This document shows, one piece after another, positions 37,001 to 44,913 of a stretch of DNA of 64,000 bases (positions within the stretch are counted from its first letter, which is position 1; the number at the start of each line of letters is the position of its first letter). Both the position numbers and the translations under genes were made by a program. The notes under the pieces were generated by a model that was not told the DNA's origin, did no database searches, and saw nothing but the letters and a program-made list of their open reading frames with translations. This DNA is from Candidatus Latescibacterota bacterium. Lineage in GTDB: Bacteria > Latescibacterota > UBA2968 > UBA8231. The stretch covers positions 6,368,001-6,432,000 of the forward strand of contig CBDETY010000003.1 in the NCBI GenBank assembly GCA_965243025.1. Direction: 5' to 3'.

Positions 37001-37302
37001 TTTCCGAAGTCGACAAGCGACGGATCAACGCACTTCCCGCCATGATCTATCACGGCGTAAGCAGCGAAGATGCGGTACTCATGCGGATGAATGCCGCCCC
37101 GCGCAGCGCCGCCGAGGCGTTGGGGAGCCTCTACCGGGATGTCACGGATGAGGATGAGGGGCGGTATTCGGTGGGAGCAGCGCGGCGTTTCCTGCAGGGA
37201 CTGGGCGCCGATGAATGGGACGGGGTGAGACCGGAGGACGCGCCGCTGTCCGGCACCGGATATAAGCGGGTCTGGGAGATTCTCTCCGGAGAGGCGAGCT
37301 GA
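34024..37302 (+). CDS. Ski2-like DEAD/DEAH helicase (HamB-like)
   Basis: LPTSGGKT, VATPEK, MDEAH, GVGVHHAGL, ATSTIAQGINFP and NLAGRAGR motifs. Confidence 0.9.
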   Translation: MSLSSGAFEALNKHWAVAALGTDELERAGELAGQRLAQRAVGRQISFSFAESSDEEPFLVRVALAFELAAIEGLDELSRPAGENLPLRDQAVAASFRAFDIRRLLPVPEETLDRLFFVLQLSAIAYCGDRWSDLRRWYREQGEALKAPSVADAEWDRRLLYRLFDCWVRLFRKEGWDDLDRIREIISGLRDDQKIHEERRLQNGSKAVDRAIALRLAALYNWAKATETLARYMLQGEPGDPFGILDKHFEAGIKAAAASGDAQHEVVLRWLHATARIMVTNSLWWATRTVNSKTSDFVRSLTKREHQAMFELLPPQRAALLEQGLLDQAKTAIVVDLPTSGGKTLLAQFRILQALNQFQVDGGWVVYVAPTRALSAQITRRLRTDFEPIGLRVEQLTAAVEVDAFEEELLADRNEPFDILVATPEKLSLVIRNKKVDRPLALVVMDEAHNLESEGRGLRIELLLATVKRDCPQANFLLLMPYVEEAASVARWLAQDIDAGNAISLGTVPWKPNERIIGLYRAVADDSVRGGWHLDFETLTASEKAMPLHGTHRVGGVKPIDVPKSQVLAKGSQKGLGLQTAAIGAVMSARGTSVAVANNIHTVWKMAGEAARSLPEMEEVPPDIRLVQDFLRTEISVDFRLVGMLEKGVGVHHAGLSDDVRALMEWLAETGSLRMLCATSTIAQGINFPVSSVFLSSRYVPQGTRSVEIAPREFWNLAGRAGRIGHDSVGVVGLSEGTDRDALIQFVSRNTGALVSRLVVLLDELAAQGSLAQLSDVLWQDQWEDFRCYIAHLWAEKKNLDAVLADSEQLLRQTYGYTSMRNDPQQRQKADALLDATHSYARELAEMPQGIPELADSTGFSPEGVQAAMGGIRNLESRLTVSDWAPESLFGSGGRMADLFGVMLRVPQLKQDLVELGGQGFDRSRISEITNDWVNGRGLEEIAREYFSRKNDDEVGTAALTDACRAIYRTIVNSGTWGVSALSRVSGIDFDALSEVDKRRINALPAMIYHGVSSEDAVLMRMNAAPRSAAEALGSLYRDVTDEDEGRYSVGAARRFLQGLGADEWDGVRPEDAPLSGTGYKRVWEILSGEAS

Positions 37303-37312
37303 CGTAACCAAT

Positions 37313-37633
37313 TTGGCATGGAGGTCAATACCCCTGGCTGCCCTTGAAACAACCCTGGTCGATGTCTCCGACCTGGTCCGTTCCGCCCTCCCTGAATTCC
37401 TCGGCGACGGCATAGCCATAGCCGACGCATACTCAGAATTCCTGCCAGGACCTGACGGCGATGACTATATCAGAACTACAGTGGTCCTGGAGGATGATCA
37501 CCCTGAACTCGATGCACGAACCCTGAATAAGTTCTCTCTGCACATCGCGGCGCTCTGCATGCAAGGAGGCTTTGACCGACCGACCATCGCCTACGCCGAC
37601 AGAAGCGAGGTTCCGGGCGAAGGTCCGGTATGA
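37313..37633 (+). CDS. small hypothetical protein, putative antitoxin partner of a HEPN-like gene
   Basis: PDGDDYIRTTVVLE; ATGA overlap with the next remnant; start uncertain. Confidence 0.45.
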   Translation: MAWRSIPLAALETTLVDVSDLVRSALPEFLGDGIAIADAYSEFLPGPDGDDYIRTTVVLEDDHPELDARTLNKFSLHIAALCMQGGFDRPTIAYADRSEVPGEGPV

Positions 37634-37778
37634 CTGCCAGCAACACCCAACCAGACTTCACCCCCCGGTGTCGTATAGACCGGCAAACCAAGCCGAAGCA
37701 GCAATCACCGGCTTCTTTCAAACTGGCCAAAGCGAACGCGTCGCCATAGCCACACTCACCCTGTTCAGAACACGGTAG
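37630..37778 (+). pseudogene. internally deleted HEPN-like gene
   Basis: N-terminus MTASNTQPDF, then in a shifted frame QAEAAITGFFQTGQSERVAIATLTLFRTR*, resembling the C-terminal helix of HEPN-like proteins. Confidence 0.35.
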
Positions 37779-37789
37779 ACCCGGAAGCC

Positions 37790-37889
37790 CCGGGGTGCTG
37801 GAAATCGCGTGACTCCCTCGTTGCCTCACAAGCGCGAAACCAACCATCCGCAGAAATCGGACCACCCCATCACCCGGCATTCTGTTCAC
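37790..37889 (-). pseudogene. hicA: truncated and frameshifted HicA toxin
   Basis: VVRFLRMVGFALVRQRGSHA, then QHPG in another frame; the C-terminal VPxH part is missing. Confidence 0.7.
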
Positions 37890-38107
37890 AACGATATTCT
37901 TTGAATCCCTACCAGCTCAAGCTGACTCGGGGCGTCTTCGCCCTCACCTCCCTCGACTTCAAGCCAGAGGGCGATCGCCTCCTCCATCCGTTCGATCAGC
38001 TGATCAATTGACGTTCCCTGGGTATGACAGCCCGGTAGACCGGGAACGCTCCCAACGAAAAAACCGTCTTCATCTTTCTCGATTACGACAGTGTATTCAG
38101 AGCTCAT
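37886..38107 (-). CDS. hicB: HicB family antitoxin (UPF0150)
   Basis: YTVVIEKDEDGFFVGSVPGLPGCHTQG...MEEAIALWLE. Confidence 0.9.
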   Translation of the reverse strand: MSSEYTVVIEKDEDGFFVGSVPGLPGCHTQGTSIDQLIERMEEAIALWLEVEGGEGEDAPSQLELVGIQRISL

Positions 38108-38159
38108 CGGAATCTCCCATTAGTACAGAACACGGACAGATCGGGGCGGCCACCACAGG

Positions 38160-39152
38160 TCACTCACCGACCATGGCAGCAGCAAGACGCTCCATGAGCT
38201 CATCGTCCGCCGGCATCAGACCAGAGGCCGGCAAACGCCGCAGCAGGTCGACCCTGCGGTCGTTCTGCGCCTGCGCCCGTTGCAGGTAGGGCACCGCTTC
38301 CTCCTCGCGTCCCTCGGAAACCAGGGTCACACCCACCCAGAACGGAGCCTCGCCCCCCGTTGCCTCATCGGGCACCAGTTCGGCCTTGGCGCGGTAGGCA
38401 TCCATGGCCGCCTCCATGTCCCCCGCGGCCACCAGTTCGTCCCCCTCGTTGAGCTTGTGGTAGGCGCGCGCCAGGCGCACCAGGCGGCGCAGTTCCTTCA
38501 CTGGCTCGGGATGATCCTCCACGCGCAGGTCGAACACGCGGTCCACCCACGGCCGGCCCGTATCCTCGGCGGAGACCACGAGGATGGCCGCCGACTGCCG
38601 GCCGCGCAGGTCGCCTCCCTCGGCCTCTGCGGCTTCCAGGGCCGCGAGCAGCCGCTCGGCCAGATCCCCCTCGGCATTTTCGTAGGCGTTCGCCATGGCC
38701 GGCCACACGCTGTCCCCGTCCATCAGGTTCGCCTGAACGCTGTACTGGGCACCGGCTTGGTGGCCGGCCGCGGCAATGGCGCGCTCCCCCGTGTGAACGG
38801 CCACGTTCCCCTCGGCATCGACCATGGCCACCTGCCGCACCGCAGCGTCGGCATCCCCGGCGAGCAGGGAGGTGAGCGCCTCCTGGGCGGTCTTGCCCAT
38901 GGCCATTAGTTCGAGGCCGAGCGGGCCGTAGGCCGGGTCGACGAGGGACTGGGTAGCCACGGCGCCGACGCCGGGACGGGCCCACGGAACGATGGGACCC
39001 ACGGAAAACCAGTGGGACTGGACGGCCACGCCGAGCTGTCCGCTGAGGGAGTCCCGGGCGACGATGGAATAAGTGGCCACGGGCCGCCGCCAGTCGGGTG
39101 CGTCGGCCGCAGCCAGCTGTGCCGCGGCGAGAATCAGGATGAGTAGGCGCAT
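38160..39152 (-). CDS. DUF1028 (Ntn-hydrolase-like) secreted protein with C-terminal TPR
   Basis: TYSIVARD...GVAVQSH...GVGAVATQ...GGDLRGRQSAA...DLRVEDH; signal peptide. Confidence 0.9.
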   Translation of the reverse strand: MRLLILILAAAQLAAADAPDWRRPVATYSIVARDSLSGQLGVAVQSHWFSVGPIVPWARPGVGAVATQSLVDPAYGPLGLELMAMGKTAQEALTSLLAGDADAAVRQVAMVDAEGNVAVHTGERAIAAAGHQAGAQYSVQANLMDGDSVWPAMANAYENAEGDLAERLLAALEAAEAEGGDLRGRQSAAILVVSAEDTGRPWVDRVFDLRVEDHPEPVKELRRLVRLARAYHKLNEGDELVAAGDMEAAMDAYRAKAELVPDEATGGEAPFWVGVTLVSEGREEEAVPYLQRAQAQNDRRVDLLRRLPASGLMPADDELMERLAAAMVGE

Positions 39153-39258
39153 GGTTCCTCCAATGGATGATTGATAGGCCGTCCGCTCCAGCGATACAGC
39201 GAGACGCAATACTGGCCATGGCTGAGATGCCGGCTTGTGCTCTTAGCAAACCGTATCT

Positions 39259-39302
39259 TTGCACGGGTGTCAGTTAACACCATAATTTTCTGACAATTGT
39301 CA
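39259..39302 (+). promoter_or_regulatory. promoter with TGTCA/TGACA inverted operators for the DUF6088-AbiEii operon
   Basis: TTGCAC-16-CATAAT; TGTCAG (39268)...CTGACA (39290) and the palindrome TGACAATTGTCA (39291-39302). Confidence 0.6.
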
Positions 39303-39316
39303 AAAAGGAAAAATCC

Positions 39317-39913
39317 GTGCGAAGCCTTCCATCTCAGATCATGAGCCACGCTGCCGAGTCGCCGGAGGGCACATTGCTGTGCCCAAGTGCGTTGTTGCAT
39401 CTGGGAAGCAGAGCCGCCGTCGACCAGGCGCTGTCCCGTCTTTCCCGCAAGGGAGAACTCATCCGAGTCTGCCAGGGGATTTACGTGCAGCCCATACAGA
39501 CCCGCTTCGGTCCACGTCCGCCTGCCGTCGAAAAAGTGATTGCATCGCTGGCCGAACTCTGGGGCGAGACGATTGTATCTTGCGGCGGCGCAGCGGCCAA
39601 CGCCCTTGGACTGACAACGCAGGTGCCGGTGCGGTCGGTTTACCTGACCTCCGGACGCAGCCGCAAGCTGAGGTTCGGTGAGTTGAGCGTGGAGCTGCGC
39701 CATGCACCCCGCTGGCAGTTGGCAGCGCCTCATCGGCCGGCCGGGGAAGTAGTGCGCGCACTGTCCTGGCTGGGTCCCGATGAGGTGGAGGTTGGCCTGG
39801 AAATGATAGGTAGCAAGCTCTCCGCGGAGGACCTTCAGGAATTGGCTGCATCGCGTGCTGTAATGCCTGCCTGGGTAGCAGGGCCCGTGAGCGCACTGGT
39901 GGCCAATGGCTGA
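39317..39913 (+). CDS. DUF6088 family / AbiEi-like type IV antitoxin
   Basis: LGSRAAVDQALSRL...GIY...GAAAANALGLTTQVP...YLTSGRSR. Confidence 0.9.
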   Translation: MRSLPSQIMSHAAESPEGTLLCPSALLHLGSRAAVDQALSRLSRKGELIRVCQGIYVQPIQTRFGPRPPAVEKVIASLAELWGETIVSCGGAAANALGLTTQVPVRSVYLTSGRSRKLRFGELSVELRHAPRWQLAAPHRPAGEVVRALSWLGPDEVEVGLEMIGSKLSAEDLQELAASRAVMPAWVAGPVSALVANG

Positions 39914-40922
39914 CACGTCGTTTCAGTTACTCTCGCTCGAAGACCAACGGGATGCCCTGGGGGTGGCCGCCAGTCGCAGCGGAAGACGAGCACATCTCCT
40001 GGAGAAGGACATATGGGTGGTTCACACCTTGAGTGCTCTTTTGAAGAGCCCTTTTGGTGGGGCCTTGACGTTCAAGGGAGGAACTTCTCTCGCCAAGGCA
40101 TATCAAGTTATTCGTCGATTCTCGGAAGACCTCGACATCACCCATGACATCCGAACCATTGCTCCTGACTTGGTGGATAGAGGCGGGAGAGACGCTTTGC
40201 CATCCACGCGCAGCCAGGAGCAAAACTGGACGCGGGAAATAAGGAAGCGCCTGGCCGAATGGGTAGTAGAACATGCCCGTCCCACCATCGAGACTAACCT
40301 GTCGAAATCGGGCCTGTCGGCACGGGTGCGATCTGACCGGGACCGGATATTCGTTGGATATGAGCCGTTGTTCTCTGACTACGGCTTCGTCAGGCCGGAG
40401 GTAATGCTGGAGTTTGGGGCACGCTCGACAGGAGAGCCCCGCGAGGAGCGTACGATCGAGTGCGATGCGGCACCTTACATATCTGACGTGGCGTTCCCCA
40501 CAGTTCAAGCCCTGGTCATGTTGGCGGAGCGCACGTTCTGGGAGAAAGCTACCGCCATGCACGTCTTCTGTCGCCAGCAACGAGGACGCGGGAGGCGACT
40601 CTCTCGCCACTGGTATGACATGGTTCGACTGGATGACGCCGGCTTTTGCCAGACCGCGCTTGGCGACCGTACGCTGGCCCAAGCGGTAGCGAGGCACAAG
40701 GCGATGTTCTTCCGGGAAAAGGACGCCTCGGGGTGTTGGATCGACTACGAGGCGGCAGTAGCGGGTGGATTGCAGTTGGTGCCCCATGGCTTGGCTTACG
40801 AGGCACTGGCCGACGACTACGCGAGGATGCTCAGGGATGGGATGTTACTCGACGACGAAGAGCAATTCGCCGACTTGATGGAAAGAGTTGGCGAAATCGA
40901 GGGGAGGGCGAATCAAAAGTGA
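39906..40922 (+). CDS. AbiEii/AbiGii nucleotidyltransferase toxin
   Basis: LEKDIWV, FKGGTSLAKAY...RFSEDLD, ERTFWEK and SRHWYD motifs. Confidence 0.92.
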   Translation: MADTSFQLLSLEDQRDALGVAASRSGRRAHLLEKDIWVVHTLSALLKSPFGGALTFKGGTSLAKAYQVIRRFSEDLDITHDIRTIAPDLVDRGGRDALPSTRSQEQNWTREIRKRLAEWVVEHARPTIETNLSKSGLSARVRSDRDRIFVGYEPLFSDYGFVRPEVMLEFGARSTGEPREERTIECDAAPYISDVAFPTVQALVMLAERTFWEKATAMHVFCRQQRGRGRRLSRHWYDMVRLDDAGFCQTALGDRTLAQAVARHKAMFFREKDASGCWIDYEAAVAGGLQLVPHGLAYEALADDYARMLRDGMLLDDEEQFADLMERVGEIEGRANQK

Positions 40923-41131
40923 GCATTCCTGACACAAAGACATCTCGGCTCTAAGCATCATCCATGCTCGGGGGAGCAGGTTGCCATACGTCATGGGGTT
41001 GGTGCGCCAGGCCTTTGAGAAGCAAATGGGGAATGTAGTGGTCCAAGAGTTAGCAGTTCCCCATGTGCTTGCGGGACAACCCTATACATAAAACCGCGAG
41101 TCTTCATGCACGATCCTCCGCGGCGCGAGTT

Positions 41132-41464
41132 CGGCGGCGCAGCGGCCAACGCCCTTGGACTGACAACGCAGGTGCCGGTGCGGTCGGTTTACCTGACCTC
41201 CGGACGCAGCCGCAAGCTGAGGCTCGGTGAGTTGAGGGTGGAGCTGCGCCATGCACCTCGCTGGCAGTTGGCAGCGCCTCATCGGCCGGCCGGGGAAGTA
41301 GTGCGCGCACTGTCCTGGCTGGGTCCTGATGAGGTGGAGGTTGGCTTGGAAATGATAGGTGACAAGCTCTCCGCGGAGGACCTTCAGGAATTGGCTGCAT
41401 CGCGTGCTGTAATGCCTGCCTGGGTAGCAGGGCCCGTGAGCGCACTGGTGGCCAATGGCTGACA
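41132..41464 (+). repeat. 333-bp direct repeat of 39583-39915 (3' half of the DUF6088 gene; pseudogene)
   Basis: 7 mismatches in 333 bp by manual alignment. Confidence 0.9.
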
Positions 41465-41519
41465 AGTACCGGCACGGAACCCCGTGCTGGGTTGATCTGG
41501 CGACAACTGATTTGGTTGG
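41406..41519 (+). repeat. 114-bp direct repeat, copy 1 (DUF6088 3' end plus truncated VOC 5' end)
   Basis: Matches 44060-44173 with 5 mismatches; encodes MADKYRHGTPCWVDLATTDLVG and then breaks off. Confidence 0.9.
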
Positions 41520-41613
41520 CCCCAATATCCCGACTCGAGCTGATTTCACCGCCCGCGGACCGGGGGTGCGCACATCTCTTTGAAAATACTTACCCCCTAA
41601 GCATATTCACAGC

Positions 41614-42054
41614 ATGGACCTGCCCGATGAAGTCAGGAAGGAGTTCCGGCGTTACGGCCGGAAGGGTGGCCTGAAGCGTGCCCGTGCTCTGACCCCTGCC
41701 GCGAAGAAAGCGGTCGCCCGTCGAGCCGCGGTCGCCCGATGGACGCGCGCGCGTTTTGGCGCGTCGAGCTTCGCTGCGCTGGGTCTTCCAGGCGGCGACA
41801 TCGTCGACTCCGGACTGGCGGACCTGGCGGCCGGCGAGACGACGGTGGAGAGCTCGCTGGTGTCGCTGGCGGCACCCCGGCTGCGCCGGGAGGGGGTGCC
41901 GCTGGCAGAGGTGCAACCGGATCCCGAGGACCGCCTCTATGCGCTGCTCTGCGAATCCGCGGGCGATCTGGCTCACGCCCGTTACACGGCCTGCCTGCGC
42001 CAGATCGCGTCGTTCGCAGACGCCTGCCGACGGGCTCGCCGGGGTGGCGGCTGA
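41614..42054 (+). CDS. hypothetical protein with N-terminal GRKGG...ARW motif (putative antitoxin/regulator)
   Basis: YGRKGGLKRARALTPAAKKAVARRAAVARW; 2 nt before the DUF6036 gene; promoter-like TTGAAA-16-CATATT just upstream. Confidence 0.7.
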   Translation: MDLPDEVRKEFRRYGRKGGLKRARALTPAAKKAVARRAAVARWTRARFGASSFAALGLPGGDIVDSGLADLAAGETTVESSLVSLAAPRLRREGVPLAEVQPDPEDRLYALLCESAGDLAHARYTACLRQIASFADACRRARRGGG

Positions 42055-42056
42055 AC

Positions 42057-42587
42057 GTGCGCACGAGCCTCGACCGCGATGGGCTGCGCGCGCTGATGCA
42101 GGAACTGGCGCGCTCGGCACGCGGTCCGCAGTCCCACCGGGTCTTCCTCGTCGGTGGAGGCACCGCCGTTCTCGAGGGCTGGCGCTCCTCCACCATCGAC
42201 GCCCACCTGCACAGCGATCGGGATGAGGTCTTTCGCGATATCCAGCAGATCAAAGAGCGCCTGCAGCTGAATGTCGAATTCGCCCGGCCGGAGGATTTCG
42301 TGCCGCCATTGGCCGGCAGCGATCAGCGGCACGTATTCATCCAGACGGTCGGCAAGGTCAGCTTCTACCACTACGACCCGTACGCCCAGATGCTGTCAAA
42401 GGTGGTTCGGGGGTTCGCACGAGACATCCAGGACGCGGGGAGCTTCCTGGCCAGCGGCATGGTCGATGCGGACCGCTTCCGATCGCTCGTGCAAGAGATC
42501 CCGAGCGCAGCGTACGCCCGATATCCCGCGTTGTCGCCGGAGGCTGTGCTGGAAGCCGTCGAGGACTTCCTGTCCGGCGCCGGATGA
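42057..42587 (+). CDS. DUF6036 family nucleotidyltransferase
   Basis: VFLVGGGTAVLEGWRSSTIDA...DPYAQMLSKVVRGFARDIQD. Confidence 0.8.
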   Translation: MRTSLDRDGLRALMQELARSARGPQSHRVFLVGGGTAVLEGWRSSTIDAHLHSDRDEVFRDIQQIKERLQLNVEFARPEDFVPPLAGSDQRHVFIQTVGKVSFYHYDPYAQMLSKVVRGFARDIQDAGSFLASGMVDADRFRSLVQEIPSAAYARYPALSPEAVLEAVEDFLSGAG

Positions 42588-42659
42588 AGAGGGTCGCACT
42601 CAAACTTCCTTTGCATCAAGGCTGATTGGATTGCCGCTTCAAACCGATGGGAATATGGA

Positions 42660-43934
42660 ATGAAAGTCGATCTGGATAGATTCCGCGAAGACGGGTACCT
42701 GATCCTGCGGAACGTCGTTTCTCCCGAGCAGCTGGCGGACCTGCGGCTCTCGATCGAACTCATGGTGGACACCGAAAAGGCGCGTTCCGTGGCAGAGCGA
42801 AGGGCCGGGGACCCCCGCGGGGGAAGGTGGTACGAGGCAGTTGCACCGCGACTGAGCGAGCAATCGATAGACGAGCGCACCGCCGACGCCATCGATTTCT
42901 GTCTCGGTGAAACAGTGTACGGCGTCAGTCACCGACTCTTGAATTCACCGCCAGTAACGGCGATGACGTCCTTCGGGGCGATCTGCAGCGGCTTGATCGA
43001 CTCCGGCTACACCGACTGGCATCGCGACGCCAGCTCGGCGGAGCAGGCTCCGTTGAGCGGCATGCAGCAGGACCTGATGGAGAACGCCCCTGGGTACGTG
43101 CAGTGGAACATCCCCCTTTACGAGGACGGCGTTTTCTGGATTCTGCCGGGCAGCCACAAACAGCCGAGCACCGAGGCCCAGCGCAAACAGCTCCTGCTCG
43201 ATCCGAGATCGCCGCTCGAGGGCGGGATCCCGGCCGAGCTGGGCCCTGGCGATGCGATCGTCTACCCCAATCTCATGATGCACTGGGGCAGCACCTACAC
43301 GAGCCGGCTGCGGCGTACGATCCATCTCGGGTTTCGCTCGTTCGGCGGCGACATCTTCCCCTACGCCCACGAGCTCCGCCTGGCCGAGGACGACCGATTC
43401 CTGCAGTACCTCTCGGCCGAGGCCCGGATCCACTTCGAGCGCGCCGTCGAGGCCTACGCCGGCGAGCGCAACCAGATAGAAGAGACCTTTCGAGCGCTGA
43501 TTGACCACGACGACGGTGCTTTCCGCAGCTGCCTGGATAGACTGCATCCGGGAGCCACCTGCCGCATGGTGAGTGTCGTGCTGTTGTGCCGGATTGCGGC
43601 CAAGGTCGTCAAGCTGCATCAGCCCGGGATGGCCGCCCTGTCGGTGGAGGATAGAAAACCCCTCATCGACGGCTCGCCGCCGGCCTTTTACGCCGAGGAT
43701 ATGGCGCGGCGATTCACGGCAGGACAGGCTGCAGAGCTCGGGATGCGCTTTGCCGAGCTGAATCGACGGTTAGAGGCGGACGCGGAGCGCGTTCACAGTC
43801 ACTACGCCAGGCTCTACGCACAGCTGCGACCGGATGCCGAGGGCCCACCCGATTTCAAGTCGCGCCCGCTCAGAACCTTCAACAGTGAGATGCCGCAGGA
43901 CTTCGACGTCGACGATTTCGCGGCGAGTTGGTAA
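42660..43934 (+). CDS. phytanoyl-CoA dioxygenase (PhyH) family protein with C-terminal extension
   Basis: FREDGYLILRNV, WHRD, LPGSH and HWG...RRTIH motifs. Confidence 0.85.
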   Translation: MKVDLDRFREDGYLILRNVVSPEQLADLRLSIELMVDTEKARSVAERRAGDPRGGRWYEAVAPRLSEQSIDERTADAIDFCLGETVYGVSHRLLNSPPVTAMTSFGAICSGLIDSGYTDWHRDASSAEQAPLSGMQQDLMENAPGYVQWNIPLYEDGVFWILPGSHKQPSTEAQRKQLLLDPRSPLEGGIPAELGPGDAIVYPNLMMHWGSTYTSRLRRTIHLGFRSFGGDIFPYAHELRLAEDDRFLQYLSAEARIHFERAVEAYAGERNQIEETFRALIDHDDGAFRSCLDRLHPGATCRMVSVVLLCRIAAKVVKLHQPGMAALSVEDRKPLIDGSPPAFYAEDMARRFTAGQAAELGMRFAELNRRLEADAERVHSHYARLYAQLRPDAEGPPDFKSRPLRTFNSEMPQDFDVDDFAASW

Positions 43935-44059
43935 AACGAAATGAACGGGCCGTTTACTTCTGGTGGGGACCGGCGTCTTCTGCGCCCCGACCTCTTCGCT
44001 CCCCTTTCCGCCGTCTCCTCGCCTTCCAATAATTAAAGTTTCTCGCCGTTCTTACCGAA

Positions 44060-44173
44060 GCTGTAATGCCTGCCTGGGTAGAAGGGCCCGTGAGCGCACT
44101 GGTGGCCAATGGCTGACAAGTACCGACAAGGAACCCCGTGCTGGGTTGATCTGGCGACGACTGATCTGGTTGG
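44060..44173 (+). repeat. 114-bp direct repeat, copy 2
   Basis: Matches 41406-41519; its first 58 bp also match 39857-39915. Confidence 0.9.
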
Positions 44174-44903
44174 GGCGAAAGCGTTCTACGCCGGGTTGTT
44201 CGGTTGGGAGTATGTGGACGAGGAGATGGGGGAGATGGGCATCGGGGTTTATTCGATGGCGATGTTGGCCGGGTCGGCGGCCGTGGCGATTTATGAATCG
44301 GGCCCCGGGCAGATTCGTCCGGACGGGGCGGCGAAGTGGAACGTTTACGTTTCGGTGGATGACGTCGACGCCGTCCTCGAGCGGGTGACAACGAATGGCG
44401 GGGCCGTGCTGGCTGGTTCACGGGACGTTGATCGCGCCGGCCGGGTGGCGGTGATCGCGGACCCGACTGGTTGTGTGACGACGCTGTGGGAGCCCGGCGA
44501 GTTCGCGGGATGCGGAGTCATGTCGGAGGCGAGGGCGTTTGCCTGGACGGAGCATCTGAGCACGGATCGTGCGGCATCGGTCCGGTTTTTGGAGGAGGTT
44601 ATCGGTGTCGAGACTGCGACGGCGGGCGAGGAACAATCGGCGCCGTATTCGACGTTGTTGGTGGGGGACAAGGAGGTAGGCGGGATAATGCAGATGCCGG
44701 ATCCGATGATCGAAGAGGGGGTCGCGTCCGAGTGGTACGTGTATTTCCGGGTCGGGGATTTCGACGAATCGGCGGCTCATGTGCAGAGGCACGGAGGGCG
44801 GTTGATGGCTGAGCCGGAAGACATCGAAGGGTTCGGACGGATGGTGGTTGCCCGGGATCCGCAAGGTGCCGGCTTCTGTATCGTAGAACCGGATAAGGGG
44901 TAG
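44109..44903 (+). CDS. VOC family two-domain glyoxalase (CFP32-like)
   Basis: GTPCWVDLATTD...AKAFYAGLFGW...GRVAVIADPTG...WYVYF...DPQGAGF. Confidence 0.92.
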   Translation: MADKYRQGTPCWVDLATTDLVGAKAFYAGLFGWEYVDEEMGEMGIGVYSMAMLAGSAAVAIYESGPGQIRPDGAAKWNVYVSVDDVDAVLERVTTNGGAVLAGSRDVDRAGRVAVIADPTGCVTTLWEPGEFAGCGVMSEARAFAWTEHLSTDRAASVRFLEEVIGVETATAGEEQSAPYSTLLVGDKEVGGIMQMPDPMIEEGVASEWYVYFRVGDFDESAAHVQRHGGRLMAEPEDIEGFGRMVVARDPQGAGFCIVEPDKG

Positions 44904-44913
44904 TCGGCCCTCC

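Noticed and set aside
40923-41131. Short AT-richer ORF-like stretch between AbiEii and the repeat
   Set aside because: Too short; no recognisable homology or IS ends
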